Below, in pieces: positions 1 to 10,934 of a DNA stretch of 40,969 nt. How positions within the stretch are numbered: the first letter of the stretch is position 1; each line of letters opens with the position of its first letter. The notes beneath the pieces were generated by a model. It ran no database searches, was not told the DNA's origin, and saw nothing but the letters and a program-made list of their open reading frames with translations. Both the position numbers and the translations under genes were made by a program. Source of the stretch: Coriobacteriales bacterium (GTDB taxonomy: Bacteria; Actinomycetota; Coriobacteriia; Coriobacteriales; UBA8131); contig JAISUQ010000029.1 in the NCBI GenBank assembly GCA_031272005.1, forward strand, positions 1 through 40,969, given 5' to 3'.

Positions 1-216
1 CAGGGCGATGTAAGGCTTATCCTTGAACAGGTTGCGCAGGAAATCCAGATAGGCCTTCTGGGCCTCCGTATCGCGGCGGTGTATACGAAAGTCGCAGTCC
101 CACTCGTCGATGATGAAGACGAAGCGGGTGCCGGTCTCCTCGTAGATTGACAGCAGTCGCCAGGTCAAGTCGTCTTCGCTGGCATTGCTGGGATACGCTT
201 TGTCAAGCTCTTTGAT
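1..216 (-). pseudogene. 5'-truncated remnant of an AAA-ATPase-like (PF09820-type) gene; 3' part runs off the window edge
   Basis: The minus-strand frame reads IKELDKAYPSNASEDDLTWRLLSIYEETGTRFVFIIDEWDCDFRIHRRDTEAQKAYLDFLRNLFKDKPYIAL. This is the hhhhDEWD Walker-B region, which normally lies about 150 aa into this family. No ATG/GTG/TTG occurs upstream in frame before the frame runs into the 216..1190 ORF. Confidence 0.5.
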
Positions 217-1190
217 TATCCTCGCACCCGAGGTAGCAGTTGACGGCGTAGCTCGATATGGGCAGCGTTGAAGTTTTGTTCCGGTGTGCGCAGTCGCTTG
301 TCCAGCAGAACAGCCAGCGCTTCGGCCACTCTGCGCAACTCCGAGTTGCTGACAATCTGCCGACGGGTAACGGTGATAACCTCCACACCCATTGCGGCCA
401 GTGTATTGCGGCGTTTGGCGTTGTCGTTGACCTGCTCTTCTGACAGGTGATAGTCGCGGCTGTCATACTCTACGTCAACCTGGTAATCTGCCCAGTACAG
501 GTCGCAAACGAAGTGACTCCTGTGGGTTGTGCGTTTGGCTTCAGCGGAGCCCGTTATCCTGGTATTGAGTTGCGGCGCAGGCAAGCCATAACCGCCCAGC
601 CGATAAGGCAGGCAAAGCAGCATGGCAAGGATGGTTTCCATAGGTGATCGGGAATCTGCCAGGACATACTTTATAGCCCGCATGGCCTGCTTGCGCCCCT
701 TGAGGCCAGTAGCAGCATTGGCAAAGGCCTGCAATTTAGCCACAGTGGTCAACGGGCTGGCCAGAGTGAATCCCTGGCCAGTGCTTTCGTTGGCCGCCAG
801 GCGATAGGAACCACACAGTTCGTAACCTAGCGCTATCAGCTCAGGCAAGGTCAGCTTGCCAGCCATCTGCACAAAGCATAACTCCGGCGAGCTCACGTAA
901 GGTCCGTCCTTGGCCTTCAGGAAACTGCCAGCAGGCAACTGGGTGGTCAGGATGTGCGACTTGATGAATCCAGCACCTTTGCGCCCAGCCTTACTGCCCA
1001 CCAGGATGTGCAGGGGTTTATCCAAGCTCCATAGCTCAACAGCACGCAGGCTGCCTGCATCAGGCAGCTTAGCTGCGGGCAGCTTCTGGCTTACTCGCCG
1101 CACACAGCTATAGCGTGTAACCCTGGCATCACCAAGCTGGTAGTAGCGCCAGAATTGCAAGGCCGAGTCATGTGAGATGAACCACTTCAT
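216..1190 (-). CDS. Hypothetical protein with C-terminal DUF559/Vsr-like endonuclease-type domain
   Basis: 324-aa ORF. The C-terminal FVCDLYWADYQVDVEYDSRDYH...RRNTLAAMGVEVITVT resembles the DUF559 PD-(D/E)XK-like core. The N-terminal part resembles AbiEi_4-like wHTH regions that are often fused to it. The assignment is from remembered motifs only. Confidence 0.6.
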   Translation of the reverse strand: MKWFISHDSALQFWRYYQLGDARVTRYSCVRRVSQKLPAAKLPDAGSLRAVELWSLDKPLHILVGSKAGRKGAGFIKSHILTTQLPAGSFLKAKDGPYVSSPELCFVQMAGKLTLPELIALGYELCGSYRLAANESTGQGFTLASPLTTVAKLQAFANAATGLKGRKQAMRAIKYVLADSRSPMETILAMLLCLPYRLGGYGLPAPQLNTRITGSAEAKRTTHRSHFVCDLYWADYQVDVEYDSRDYHLSEEQVNDNAKRRNTLAAMGVEVITVTRRQIVSNSELRRVAEALAVLLDKRLRTPEQNFNAAHIELRRQLLPRVRG

Positions 1191-1215
1191 TTAGCTACTG
1201 TAACACGATTTAGAT

Positions 1216-1422
1216 ATTTTTTGGCAGAGAATTACGAAAGGGCGATGTTTTCTCCGGCATTTGAGCGCTTATCGTTTGACCGAAGAAAACCATGCGGAGA
1301 AATTCAAGCCATCTACATGCGTAAACGCAGTGTGTTGATAGCTGTGCTGGAATCCGGCATTGAAAAGGTAGGTGTTTTTGCCATCCCAAACATCGCCCTT
1401 TCGTAATTCTCTGCCAAAAAAT
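1216..1422. repeat. 207-bp element bounded by perfect 35-bp inverted repeats (1216-1250 and 1388-1422)
   Basis: attttttggcagagaattacgaaagggcgatgttt at 1216-1250 is the exact reverse complement of 1388-1422. The 137-bp interior carries a small GCGTaaACGC palindrome. Confidence 0.9.
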
Positions 1423-1531
1423 GGGGATTTTGCGAAACGGTGATGGCTGGCTGGCCCAGCGTGCCAGCAAGTGCCTTACTCAACGTCTGCCGACAATGCC
1501 TGCCCGCAGATTCTTGCACATGGTGTCTTGG

Positions 1532-1990
1532 CTACTGCAAACTGATCTCTGGCATCAGTTCCTGGTTGATTACTTCTAAGGTGTGCTGGAAGATGCGGAG
1601 TTCTTCGGGGGAGAGGCGTTGGCGGATGCGGTTGACTACCTCGCCAACGTAGTCGGTGTTGATCTTGGCGTAGTCATTGAACTTTTTGGTGACGGCCAGG
1701 CGATACTCGCGCTTGTCGGTGTCGGAACGCTGCTTGGCCACATAGCCTTTCTTGATCAGGCTCTGGACCTTGTAGGTGGCGTTGGCCTGGGAGATGTCTA
1801 CGAACTTGGCAAAATCGCCGATGGTCGGGTGCCCCAGGGCGTTGATGACCTCTACGCAGAAGGTCTCCACTGCCGTCAGTGTGGCTTCGCGCGACTCGAA
1901 GCGGCCGAAGATCTTGCGGTAGAACTGCAGCTTGAATTTGGTATAGACGTCGATAAAGGCCTGGTCAAGCGGTTTATCCATTGGCGTCAT
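1532..1990 (-). CDS. MarR-family transcriptional regulator, FabT-like by position (last gene of the FAS operon)
   Basis: Product [19 protein letters not shown]...[47 protein letters not shown] has a winged-HTH MarR pattern. The start at 1990 overlaps the fabZ stop. The longer ORF-track start at 2080 would overlap fabZ by about 100 nt. Confidence 0.75.
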   Translation of the reverse strand: MTPMDKPLDQAFIDVYTKFKLQFYRKIFGRFESREATLTAVETFCVEVINALGHPTIGDFAKFVDISQANATYKVQSLIKKGYVAKQRSDTDKREYRLAVTKKFNDYAKINTDYVGEVVNRIRQRLSPEELRIFQHTLEVINQELMPEISLQ

Positions 1991-2516
1991 CCTCTCTGGA
2001 CGCGTTCTCTGAAGCCGTGTTTGCTGGGGGTGTGCTTGCTCGCGGTGTGCTTGCTCCGGTGGTGTCCTCCCCGGGCACATCAGGGTCTTCTGCCATCAGG
2101 GCGAACGAGATCTCGGCGCTGCAGGCCAGCTGGCCGTCAACCAAGGCGCGGCCTTCGCCAAAGCCGATACTGCCGCGCATACCGGTGATCTGGCATTCCA
2201 GCAACAGCACGTCTCCTGGCACCACCGGCTTGCGGAAGCGGGCTTTCTTCACGCCGCCGAAAAAGGCCAGCCGCCCGGCGTTCTCCGGTACGCTGAGCAG
2301 CGCCACGGCGCCAGTCTGGGCCAGCGCTTCGAGGATCAGCACGCCGGGCATCACCTTTTGCTGTGGGAAGTGCCCCGCAAAGAACGGCTCGCCCGCCGTC
2401 ACGCATTTCTGCGCCTTGGCGTATTGGCCGGGCTGCATCTCCAGCACCCGGTCGATGAGCAGAAACGGCGGGCGGTGGGGGAGAATCTCCTGGATGGCTT
2501 CGATGTCCAAAGTCAT
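1974..2516 (-). CDS. fabZ: 3-hydroxyacyl-ACP dehydratase FabZ with a ~35-aa low-complexity C-terminal tail
   Basis: [13 protein letters not shown]...[24 protein letters not shown] hot-dog fold signature. Confidence 0.9.
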   Translation of the reverse strand: MTLDIEAIQEILPHRPPFLLIDRVLEMQPGQYAKAQKCVTAGEPFFAGHFPQQKVMPGVLILEALAQTGAVALLSVPENAGRLAFFGGVKKARFRKPVVPGDVLLLECQITGMRGSIGFGEGRALVDGQLACSAEISFALMAEDPDVPGEDTTGASTPRASTPPANTASENASREDDANG

Positions 2517-2548
2517 ACGTTACTCCTTAACTATAATGCTCGCATGGC

Positions 2549-2679
2549 GGGCGGTCACGCGAGCGGTCAAAACGGGCTGCCAGCGTGTGCGGTCAATACG
2601 GGCGGTCATGCGAGCGGTCAAAACGGGCGACTGCAGCAGGCAGTCACGCGAACGCTCAAAACGGGCAGTCAAAGCGGGC
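2549..2679. repeat. Intergenic array of about eight GCGGTCA-type heptads, organised as three ~28-bp units plus half units
   Basis: GGCGGTCACGCGAGCGGTCAAAACGGGC at 2549-2576, GGCGGTCATGCGAGCGGTCAAAACGGGC at 2601-2628 and GGCAGTCACGCGAACGCTCAAAACGGGC at 2639-2666. Half units lie at 2588-2603 and 2667-2679. The array sits between the fabF stop and the fabZ start. Confidence 0.85.
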
Positions 2680-2706
2680 GACAACAAAGGTTGCCAATCC
2701 AGGCAA

Positions 2707-3996
2707 TCAATGATATTCGGAGACGACCAGGCTGGCGTTGTGCCCGCCGAAGCCCAGGGAGTTGGACAGGGCATGGCGCACCTCAGCGTTGCGGCCAGTC
2801 CCGGGCACCACATCCAGGTCGCATTCCGGATCCGGAACCCGGTAGTTGATGGTCGGTGGCAGAAAGCCCTCGCTTACCGCCAGCGCGCAGACGATGCCCT
2901 CCACCGCTCCAGCCGCGCCCAGCAGATGCCCGGTCATAGATTTGGTGGAGCTGCAGGGCACGGTGCACCCGGCGCCGAAGACGGCATGCACGGCCAGCGT
3001 CTCGCCCTTGTCGTTGAGCGGCGTGGAGGTGCCGTGGGCATTGATGTAGCCCACATCGCTGGTGGTGATACCGGCGTCGGCCAACGCCAGTCGCATCGCC
3101 CGGGCGGCGCCGGTACCTTCCGGGTCCGGCGCGGTCATGTGGTAGGCGTCGCAGGTGGCACCAAAGCCGCTCAACTCGGCGTAGATGCGGGCGCCGCGAG
3201 CCAGGGCGTGCTCCAGGCTCTCCAAAGCTACGATGCCGGCGCCTTCTCCCAGCACAAAACCGGAGCGCTCCAGGTCGAAGGGGATGGAGGCACGCGCCGG
3301 GTCGCTGCCGGTATGCAAAGCCTGCATCGAGGTAAAGCCGCCCATCGCCAGCGGGATGACACAGGCCTCCGCCCCACCGGCCAGCACCACATCAGCATAA
3401 CCGTGGCGGATGTGGCGCATCGCCTCACCCAGGGCATGGCTGCTTGAGGCGCAGGCGGTGACCACACAGGAGCTGTCGCCTCGAAAACCGCTGTCGATGG
3501 CAATCCGCCCTGCTGCCATATTGGGGATGGTGGTGGGGATATAAAACGGAGAAACCCGGTCCCAGCCGCGCTCCTGGGCCCGCAGGTGTTCGCGTACCGT
3601 GGTCGCCAGGCCGCCGATGCCGCTGGCTACCAGCACGTCGGCGCGCTCCAGGTTGGTGTTCTCGGCGCTGATGCCGCTGTCGCGCAGGGCTTCGCGGGCG
3701 GCAATCAGGGCCAGCAGAGTGAAGCGATCCATCTTGCGGGCTTCAGCGGCGGAGACGTACTCACCGGGCTCGATATGCACCTCGGCGGCCAGCTTGGCGG
3801 CCTGGTCTGTGGCGTCGTAGGCACTGATGGGCGTAATGCCGCAGCGTCCGGCGCGGATGGACTGCCAGAAGCTGGTGACGTCGTTGCCCAGTGGTGTGAC
3901 GGCACCCAGGCCGGTGATTACAACGCGCTGACGTACTTGCGACATACCATGCGCAGCCTGCTCGTTGGTCTGCGGTTGTCCTTGCGTGTTACTCAT
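2707..3996 (-). CDS. fabF: Beta-ketoacyl-ACP synthase II
   Basis: 429 aa. RVVITGLGAVTPLG start of the KAS domain, active-site ACASS, and HGTSTP and GHLLGAAG motifs. ATGA overlap with the fabG stop. Confidence 0.92.
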   Translation of the reverse strand: MSNTQGQPQTNEQAAHGMSQVRQRVVITGLGAVTPLGNDVTSFWQSIRAGRCGITPISAYDATDQAAKLAAEVHIEPGEYVSAAEARKMDRFTLLALIAAREALRDSGISAENTNLERADVLVASGIGGLATTVREHLRAQERGWDRVSPFYIPTTIPNMAAGRIAIDSGFRGDSSCVVTACASSSHALGEAMRHIRHGYADVVLAGGAEACVIPLAMGGFTSMQALHTGSDPARASIPFDLERSGFVLGEGAGIVALESLEHALARGARIYAELSGFGATCDAYHMTAPDPEGTGAARAMRLALADAGITTSDVGYINAHGTSTPLNDKGETLAVHAVFGAGCTVPCSSTKSMTGHLLGAAGAVEGIVCALAVSEGFLPPTINYRVPDPECDLDVVPGTGRNAEVRHALSNSLGFGGHNASLVVSEYH

Positions 3997-4766
3997 AGCG
4001 TCATCCCTCCGTCCACGCAGATTACCTGTCCGGTGATATAGCTGGCCGCATCGCCGGCCAGGAAGGCCACCAGTGCGGCTATGTCTTCAGGCTGCCCTGC
4101 CCGGCGCAAGGCGATACCGGCCTGTACGGCGGTTCGGGCCTCTTCCGGCATGGCGTCGGTCATGTCGGTGGCGATGAAGCCGGGCGCCACGGCGTTGACG
4201 GTGATATTGCGGCTGCCCAGCTCGCGAGCCAGCGTCTTGGTCAGGCCGATCAACCCGGCCTTGCTGGCGGCGTAGTTGGCCTGGCCCGGGTTGCCGGCGA
4301 TGCCCACCACGCTGGTGATGTTGACGATACGTCCGCCGCGCTGCTTGACCATGTTGCGGCTGGCCCGTTTACAGCAGAGGAAGGCGCCCTTGAGATTGGT
4401 GTCCAGCACTGCATCGAAGTCCTCCTCAGACATTCGCAGCAGCAGGGCATCGCGGGTGATGCCGGCGTTGTTGACCAGGATGCCCACGCTTCCCAGCGTT
4501 GCCTCTACCTGCTCAAACAGCGACTCAACGCCCTGCGCCTCGCTGACGTCGGCGGCAAAGGTGGCGAAGCGGGCGCCGCCGCCTCTGTCATCGTTGACTG
4601 TGTGTGCGAATTGCCTGGCAGCCTGCTCGCAGAGCGCCCGCGTCTCCTCCGCCGCCGCAGCGTTGCCGGCGTAGTTGATGGCGACATCATGGCCGGCCTG
4701 CGCCAGTGCCAGGCAGATGGCGCGGCCGATTCCCCGCCCGCCGCCGGTGACCAATGCGGTACTCAT
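3993..4766 (-). CDS. fabG: 3-oxoacyl-ACP reductase
   Basis: TGGGRGIGRAI Rossmann motif, NNAG, and the YAASKAG catalytic Y-x3-K of the SDR family. Sits in FAS operon context. Confidence 0.9.
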   Translation of the reverse strand: MSTALVTGGGRGIGRAICLALAQAGHDVAINYAGNAAAAEETRALCEQAARQFAHTVNDDRGGGARFATFAADVSEAQGVESLFEQVEATLGSVGILVNNAGITRDALLLRMSEEDFDAVLDTNLKGAFLCCKRASRNMVKQRGGRIVNITSVVGIAGNPGQANYAASKAGLIGLTKTLARELGSRNITVNAVAPGFIATDMTDAMPEEARTAVQAGIALRRAGQPEDIAALVAFLAGDAASYITGQVICVDGGMTL

Positions 4767-4771
4767 CGTGA

Positions 4772-5731
4772 CTATCCTCTCTGCTCGCTGTTCAAGTTAT
4801 CGCCCCAGTCTGCAATGATGGTTTGCAAATCCTCCACAACCTGGATACTGCGGCACTCCAGCTCGGGGGCGGTCTTGCGGATAAAACCGCTCAGAGCCTT
4901 GCCCGGGCCAATCTCGATGACCCGCCGGATGCCCGCGTCGCGCAGCGCAAGGATGCTCTGAGCGAAGCGCACCGGTGCAATCAGCTGACGCACCAGCAGG
5001 GCTGCCACCTGGTCATCTGAGGCAGCAGCAGCGGTGGCGTTGAATACCACTGGCACCTTTTGCGGCGCCAGCTCGGTCTGTGCCAGCCGCTTTTGCAATG
5101 CCGGTTGCACAACAGCCATCAGCGGCGTATGAAAGGCACCGCTGGTGGCCAGGGGCAGGCAGCGTTTGGCACCGCGCGCCTGGCATAACTCGGCGGCCTT
5201 CTCCACGGCAGCCGGCTCACCGGCGATGACCACCTGGCCGGGGCAGTTGTAGTTGGCGCAGGCCACCACGCCCAACCCGGCGGCAGCAGCCTCGGCCACG
5301 GCTGCTTCCACATCAGCATCGGCCAGGCCGAGAACGGCGCACATCCCGCCCGCTGCAGAGGCAGCAGCCTCGGCCATTCGGGCGCCCCTGAAGGCCAGCA
5401 GCGAGATCAGCGTCTCGGCATCGAACACCCCGGCAGCATGCAGGGCGCCATATTCGCCCAGCGACAGCCCGGCGGTCATCTGCGGTGCCAGGCCGGCCTC
5501 GCGCAGCAGCAACGTGACGGCAGCCGCAAATGCTGCCATGCAGGGTTGGGTGATGCGGGTATCGGCCAGCTCATCGGCAGAGGCCTCGAAGCAGGCGGCG
5601 GCCAGGTCGAAGCCGGCGGCGTCGCTGTCAAACAGCGGGCGCACCTGCGGGTAGAGCTCGTAGAAGTCGTGTCCCATGCCGGGGGTTTGGGAGCCCTGAC
5701 CGGCATAGAGCCAGGCGGTTGGGGTGCTCAT
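4772..5731 (-). CDS. fabD: Malonyl-CoA:ACP transacylase
   Basis: The internal start MSTPTAWLYAGQGSQTPGMG was chosen because its ATG overlaps the fabK stop (ATGA at 5728-5731). GLSLGEY active-site serine motif. The upstream part of the 431-aa ORF overlaps fabK and looks non-coding. Confidence 0.88.
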   Translation of the reverse strand: MSTPTAWLYAGQGSQTPGMGHDFYELYPQVRPLFDSDAAGFDLAAACFEASADELADTRITQPCMAAFAAAVTLLLREAGLAPQMTAGLSLGEYGALHAAGVFDAETLISLLAFRGARMAEAAASAAGGMCAVLGLADADVEAAVAEAAAAGLGVVACANYNCPGQVVIAGEPAAVEKAAELCQARGAKRCLPLATSGAFHTPLMAVVQPALQKRLAQTELAPQKVPVVFNATAAAASDDQVAALLVRQLIAPVRFAQSILALRDAGIRRVIEIGPGKALSGFIRKTAPELECRSIQVVEDLQTIIADWGDNLNSEQRG

Positions 5732-6657
5732 AACTCCGGCAGCCCCTTCCGGACCTTTGCGTAATCGCTCATCAATTCGGAGAAGATGCTGGCCAGCGGG
5801 CGTATCTCGGTCAGCTGACCGGCCACCTGCCCGGCCATGAACGAGCCGCGCTCCAGGTCGCCCTCGCGCACCGCCCGCTTCAGCGAGCCCAGGGCCATGC
5901 CTTCGAACTCCTCGCGGCTGGCCCCGGATTGCTCCAGCGCCAGATACTCCCGGCTCATCTTGTTCTTCAACAGGCGCACCGGCGTACCGCTGACCCGGCC
6001 GGTGACGGTGGTACCGGTGTCGCGGGCGTCCAGCAGGGCCTGCTTGTAGTTGGCGTGTATCGGGCATTCCTCGCTGACCAGCAGCGCCGTGCCCATCTGG
6101 GCGCCGATTGCCCCCAGCGCCAGCGCCGCGCAGAGCTGGCGTCCGGAGGCGATGCCCCCAGCAGCGATGACCGGGATGGAGACGGCCGCCACCACCTGCG
6201 GTAGCAGTGCCATGGTGGTCAGCTCGCCCACGTGGCCGCCGCTCTCGGTGCCCTCGGCCACCACGGCATCCGCTCCGCTGCGCTCCATGCGTTGGGCCAG
6301 CGCCACACTGGGGATGACCGGGATGACCTTGGCGCCGGATGCCTTGAAGGCTGCGATATAGGGCGCTGGATTGCCGGCGCCGGTGGTGATTACCGGTACG
6401 CGCTGCTCTACCAGCAGCTCAGCCAGCTCGGCAATCTGCGGATGCATCAGCATCAGGTTGACGCCGAAGGGCTTATCGGTCAGTGTGCGCAGCTCGGCAA
6501 TCTCGGCGCGCAGGGCTTCGGCGGATAAACCGCCGCTGGCGATAATCCCCAAGGCTCCGGCCTCGCAGACGGCGGCGGCAAAGCGCCCGGTGGCAATCTG
6601 AGCCATGCCACCCTGCATGAACGGATACCTGATACCCAAGAACTCATTCAACAACAT
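5728..6657 (-). CDS. fabK: Enoyl-ACP reductase II (FMN-dependent, NPD/NMO fold)
   Basis: MLLNEFLGIRYPFMQGGMA...DKPFGVNLML...VITTGAGNP...AEGTESGGHVG...IPVIAAGGIA aligns motif for motif with FabK as I remember it. An RBS-like AAGGGAGAAG lies upstream of the 6657 start. Confidence 0.88.
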   Translation of the reverse strand: MLLNEFLGIRYPFMQGGMAQIATGRFAAAVCEAGALGIIASGGLSAEALRAEIAELRTLTDKPFGVNLMLMHPQIAELAELLVEQRVPVITTGAGNPAPYIAAFKASGAKVIPVIPSVALAQRMERSGADAVVAEGTESGGHVGELTTMALLPQVVAAVSIPVIAAGGIASGRQLCAALALGAIGAQMGTALLVSEECPIHANYKQALLDARDTGTTVTGRVSGTPVRLLKNKMSREYLALEQSGASREEFEGMALGSLKRAVREGDLERGSFMAGQVAGQLTEIRPLASIFSELMSDYAKVRKGLPEL

Positions 6658-6677
6658 CGGACTTCTCCCTTTGGTTC

Positions 6678-7694
6678 TCAATACTCCATACACACGGCGC
6701 CAGAGGTCAGTCCCGCGCCGAAACCGGCCAGCACCAGGCGTTGACCACGCAACAGGCGCCCGGAGCGGGCCAGCTCGTCCAAGGCCAGCGGGATGCTGGC
6801 AGCCGAGGTGTTGCCAAAGCGTGCCAGGTTGACAAAGAAGCGCTCCAACGGCAACCCCAGACGCCGGGCGGCAGCGGCGATGATTCGCTGGTTGGCCTGA
6901 TGACAGACGAAATGCTCGATGTCTGCCAGCGCCCACCCGGCCTGCTCCACCACCTGGCGCGCCCCGCTGACCAGCGCCTCCACGGCAAAGCGGAACACCT
7001 CCGGCCCGTCCATGCGGATATAATCGCGCACCGAAAGCGTCACGTCATCGCCTTGTGCCCGCGCCAGCCACTCAAAGCGTCCCGTCGTCTTGCGCACCAC
7101 TGCCGCACCCGCCCCATCGCCAAACAACACGCAGGTGTTGCGGTCTGTGAAATCAACAACGTGGGAGAGGACCTCGCTGCCCACCAGCAGCGCCGTCTCG
7201 CCCTCGTTGAGCAGGCGTTCGGCTGCGATCAGGGCGTAGACGAAGCCGCTGCAGGCGGCGTTGACATCAAAGGCCAGCAACTGGCTGGGCAATCCCAAAT
7301 CACGCTGCAGGTAGCAGGCCAGTGAGGGTGCAGCGGCATCAGCTGTGATTGAGGCGCATAACACTAGCTTTATAGCGTCAGTGTCAGCACCGCTGCCGGA
7401 ATTGCGACCGGAATCACAGCCGGAATCGCGTCCTGTCGCGCAGCCGGACCCAGCGGCGGACCCAGCGGTGAATCCAGCGGCGGACACAGCGTTGTACCCA
7501 GCTGCCGCCAGTGCCTGCGCGCCAGCCTCCCGCGCCAGCGACAGCGCCGTCTCGGTCTCGGCGACATAACGGCTGTGGATGCCGGTGCGTGAGACAATCC
7601 ACTCGTCGCTGGTCTCCACCATCTGCGCCAAATCGTCGTTGGTCAGTACGCGGCGCGGGTGAGCGCTGCCGGTGGCGAGGATAGACAGTCCCAT
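6678..7694 (-). CDS. fabH: Beta-ketoacyl-ACP synthase III carrying a ~40-aa Ala/Gly/Ser-rich insertion
   Basis: NDDLAQMVETSDEWIVSRTGI, the active-site AACSGF, and HQAN and GNTSAAS motifs. The insertion is YNAVSAAGFTAGSAAGSGCATGRDSGCDSGRNSGSGADTD. Confidence 0.88.
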   Translation of the reverse strand: MGLSILATGSAHPRRVLTNDDLAQMVETSDEWIVSRTGIHSRYVAETETALSLAREAGAQALAAAGYNAVSAAGFTAGSAAGSGCATGRDSGCDSGRNSGSGADTDAIKLVLCASITADAAAPSLACYLQRDLGLPSQLLAFDVNAACSGFVYALIAAERLLNEGETALLVGSEVLSHVVDFTDRNTCVLFGDGAGAAVVRKTTGRFEWLARAQGDDVTLSVRDYIRMDGPEVFRFAVEALVSGARQVVEQAGWALADIEHFVCHQANQRIIAAAARRLGLPLERFFVNLARFGNTSAASIPLALDELARSGRLLRGQRLVLAGFGAGLTSGAVCMEY

Positions 7695-9555
7695 CAGTTA
7701 AACCTCCGATAACGTTGATAACGCCGCTCCAACAGCTCGCTGGTCCCCAACGTCGACAGCTCGGCCAGGGCTTGGCGCAGCAGCGGGCGCAGGGCGAAGA
7801 TGGCTTCGCTGGCTGCGGCCTCATCGGCGCCGGCGCCAGCGGGCGGTTCGGGCACTATGCCGTCAATCATCGCGAACTCCTTCAGGTCGGCGGCGGTCAG
7901 GCGCATCAGCTCGGCGGCCTCGGCGGCCCGTGAGGCATCCTTCCAGAGGATGCTGGCGAAACCTTCCGGGCTGAGGATGGAATAGATGGCGTTCTCGTAC
8001 ATCAGCACCTTATCCGCCAGCCCCAGCGCCAGCGCCCCGCCGCTGCCGCCCTCGCCGGTTATCACAGCGATGGTCGGCACCCTCAGCTGGCTCAAATCAA
8101 ACAGGCAGCGGGCGATGGCCTCGCCCTGGCCACGCTCCTCGGCGCCGGTGCCGGGGTAGGCGCCGGAGGTGTCGATGAACGTGATGACCGGCCGGCCGAA
8201 CTTCTCGGCCTGGGCGATGGCGCGCTGGAACTTGCGGTAGCCCTCCGGGTGCGACATGCCGAAGTTGCAGGCGATGTTGCTGGACAGATCGGTGCCCTTG
8301 ACGTGCCCGGCCAGCGTTACCGGCCGCCCTTCAAAGCGGGCGATGCCGCAAATCAGCGAGCGGTCATCAGCATACAGCCGATCGCCGTGCGTCTCGAAGA
8401 AGTCCTCAAAAAGCTGGGAGATAAAATCGCCAATCCGCGGCCGTCCGACATCCCGCGCCAGGGCCACCCGTTCGCTGGCCGTGATGGTTGGCGTCGATGT
8501 GGCTGAGGCTGAGGCGGGGGAGACGTCCGGCGCCAATGGAGCAGCAGAAGCGGCATCCGAGGCTGCCCCAATGCCCGCATCTGCAGCAATGACTGCAGCC
8601 GACACCTCAGCGCCAGTCACCTTATCAGCTTCGCCCGCTGCGTCCGCTGCCCCCGGATCTGCTCCCACCGCGTTGCTTGCACCCGCTGTCCCCGCCGCGT
8701 CTGCCGCCCCTGCGCTCGCGCCCACCGCGCCCGCACCCGCCGCCGCCCCTGCACTCGCACCCACCGCACCCGCTGACACCACATCACCCACATCCGCCAC
8801 ATGCAACCGCAGCAGCAAGCCCAGCGTCTCGCGCAGCTTCTCCCGCGCCACCACGGCGTCCACGAAGCCGTGCTTCAGCTGGAACTCCGCACTCTGGAAG
8901 CCCTCCGGCAGTTTGGTGCCCAGGGTCTGCTCAATCACCCGCGGCCCGGCAAAGCCGATCAGTGCCCCCGGCTCAGCCAGGATAATGTCGCCCAGCGAGG
9001 CAAAGGAGGCGGTCACACCGCCGGTGGTGGGATGGCAAAGCACGCTGATGAACAGCCCGCCGGCAGCCGCCAGCCGCCGCACGGCAGCAGCGGTCTTGGC
9101 CATCTGCATCAGCGAGAACATCCCCTCCTGCATCCGCGCCCCGCCGCTGGCGGCGAAGATGATCAGCGCCAACCGCTGCTCCAACGCATACTCGGCGGCC
9201 AGGGCGACCGTCTCGCCAACCACCGTGCCCATGCTGCCCATCAAGACCTCTGGCAGCAACTCCACGCAAACAACCCCGCAACCGCAGATGCGGCCGCTTT
9301 TGCAGAGCACAGCATCAGGCAGGCCGCTGCGCTTGGTCAACCCGGCCAGCTTCTCCGCATAACCCGGAAACCCCAACGGGTCCCGCGTGGCCAGCTCGCC
9401 AAACAGCGGAGAAGCGCTGCCCTTGTCCAACACCTCGTCGATGCGGCTGCGAAACCGGATACGCGCCTTGCTCTGGCGCCCGGCCCGGCGTTCCTCAGAC
9501 AAGGCCTCCAAACTCTCCTTGCGCTGGCGAAAAGCCTCAAAGATGTTCAGCGGCG

Positions 9556-9559
<4 letters not shown>
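7694..9559 (-). CDS. accD-accA: Fused acetyl-CoA carboxylase carboxyltransferase beta-alpha (AccD::AccA) with a long Ala/Gly-rich linker
   Basis: The N-terminal half has GSMG...FAASGGARMQEG...HPTTGGV (AccD-like). The C-terminal half has FIDTSGAYPG..AEERGQ...GEGGSGGALA (AccA-like). They are joined by ~105 aa of A/G/S/D low complexity. No CxxC...CxxC zinc ribbon is present at the N-terminus. Confidence 0.85.
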
Positions 9560-10932
<1,373 letters not shown>

Positions 10933-10934
10933 GG

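Noticed and set aside
1221-1406. 61-aa ORF inside the inverted-repeat element, and its mirror ORF at 1313-1519
   Set aside because: Both owe their shared AENYERAMF peptide to the inverted repeat itself. They have a TTG or weak start, no RBS and no recognisable motif.
2549-2679. Possible CRISPR array, also considered for the repeats at 28024-28100
   Set aside because: The repeat units are degenerate, 7-28 bp long, irregularly spaced and lack unique spacers of constant length. No cas genes are in the window.
1981-3447. 488-aa plus-strand ORF across fabZ and fabF, and similar ORFs at 8256-9362 and 9814-10404
   Set aside because: They are antisense to well-supported FAS genes and have no motifs. 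Their open frames are explained by GC3-rich coding on the opposite strand.
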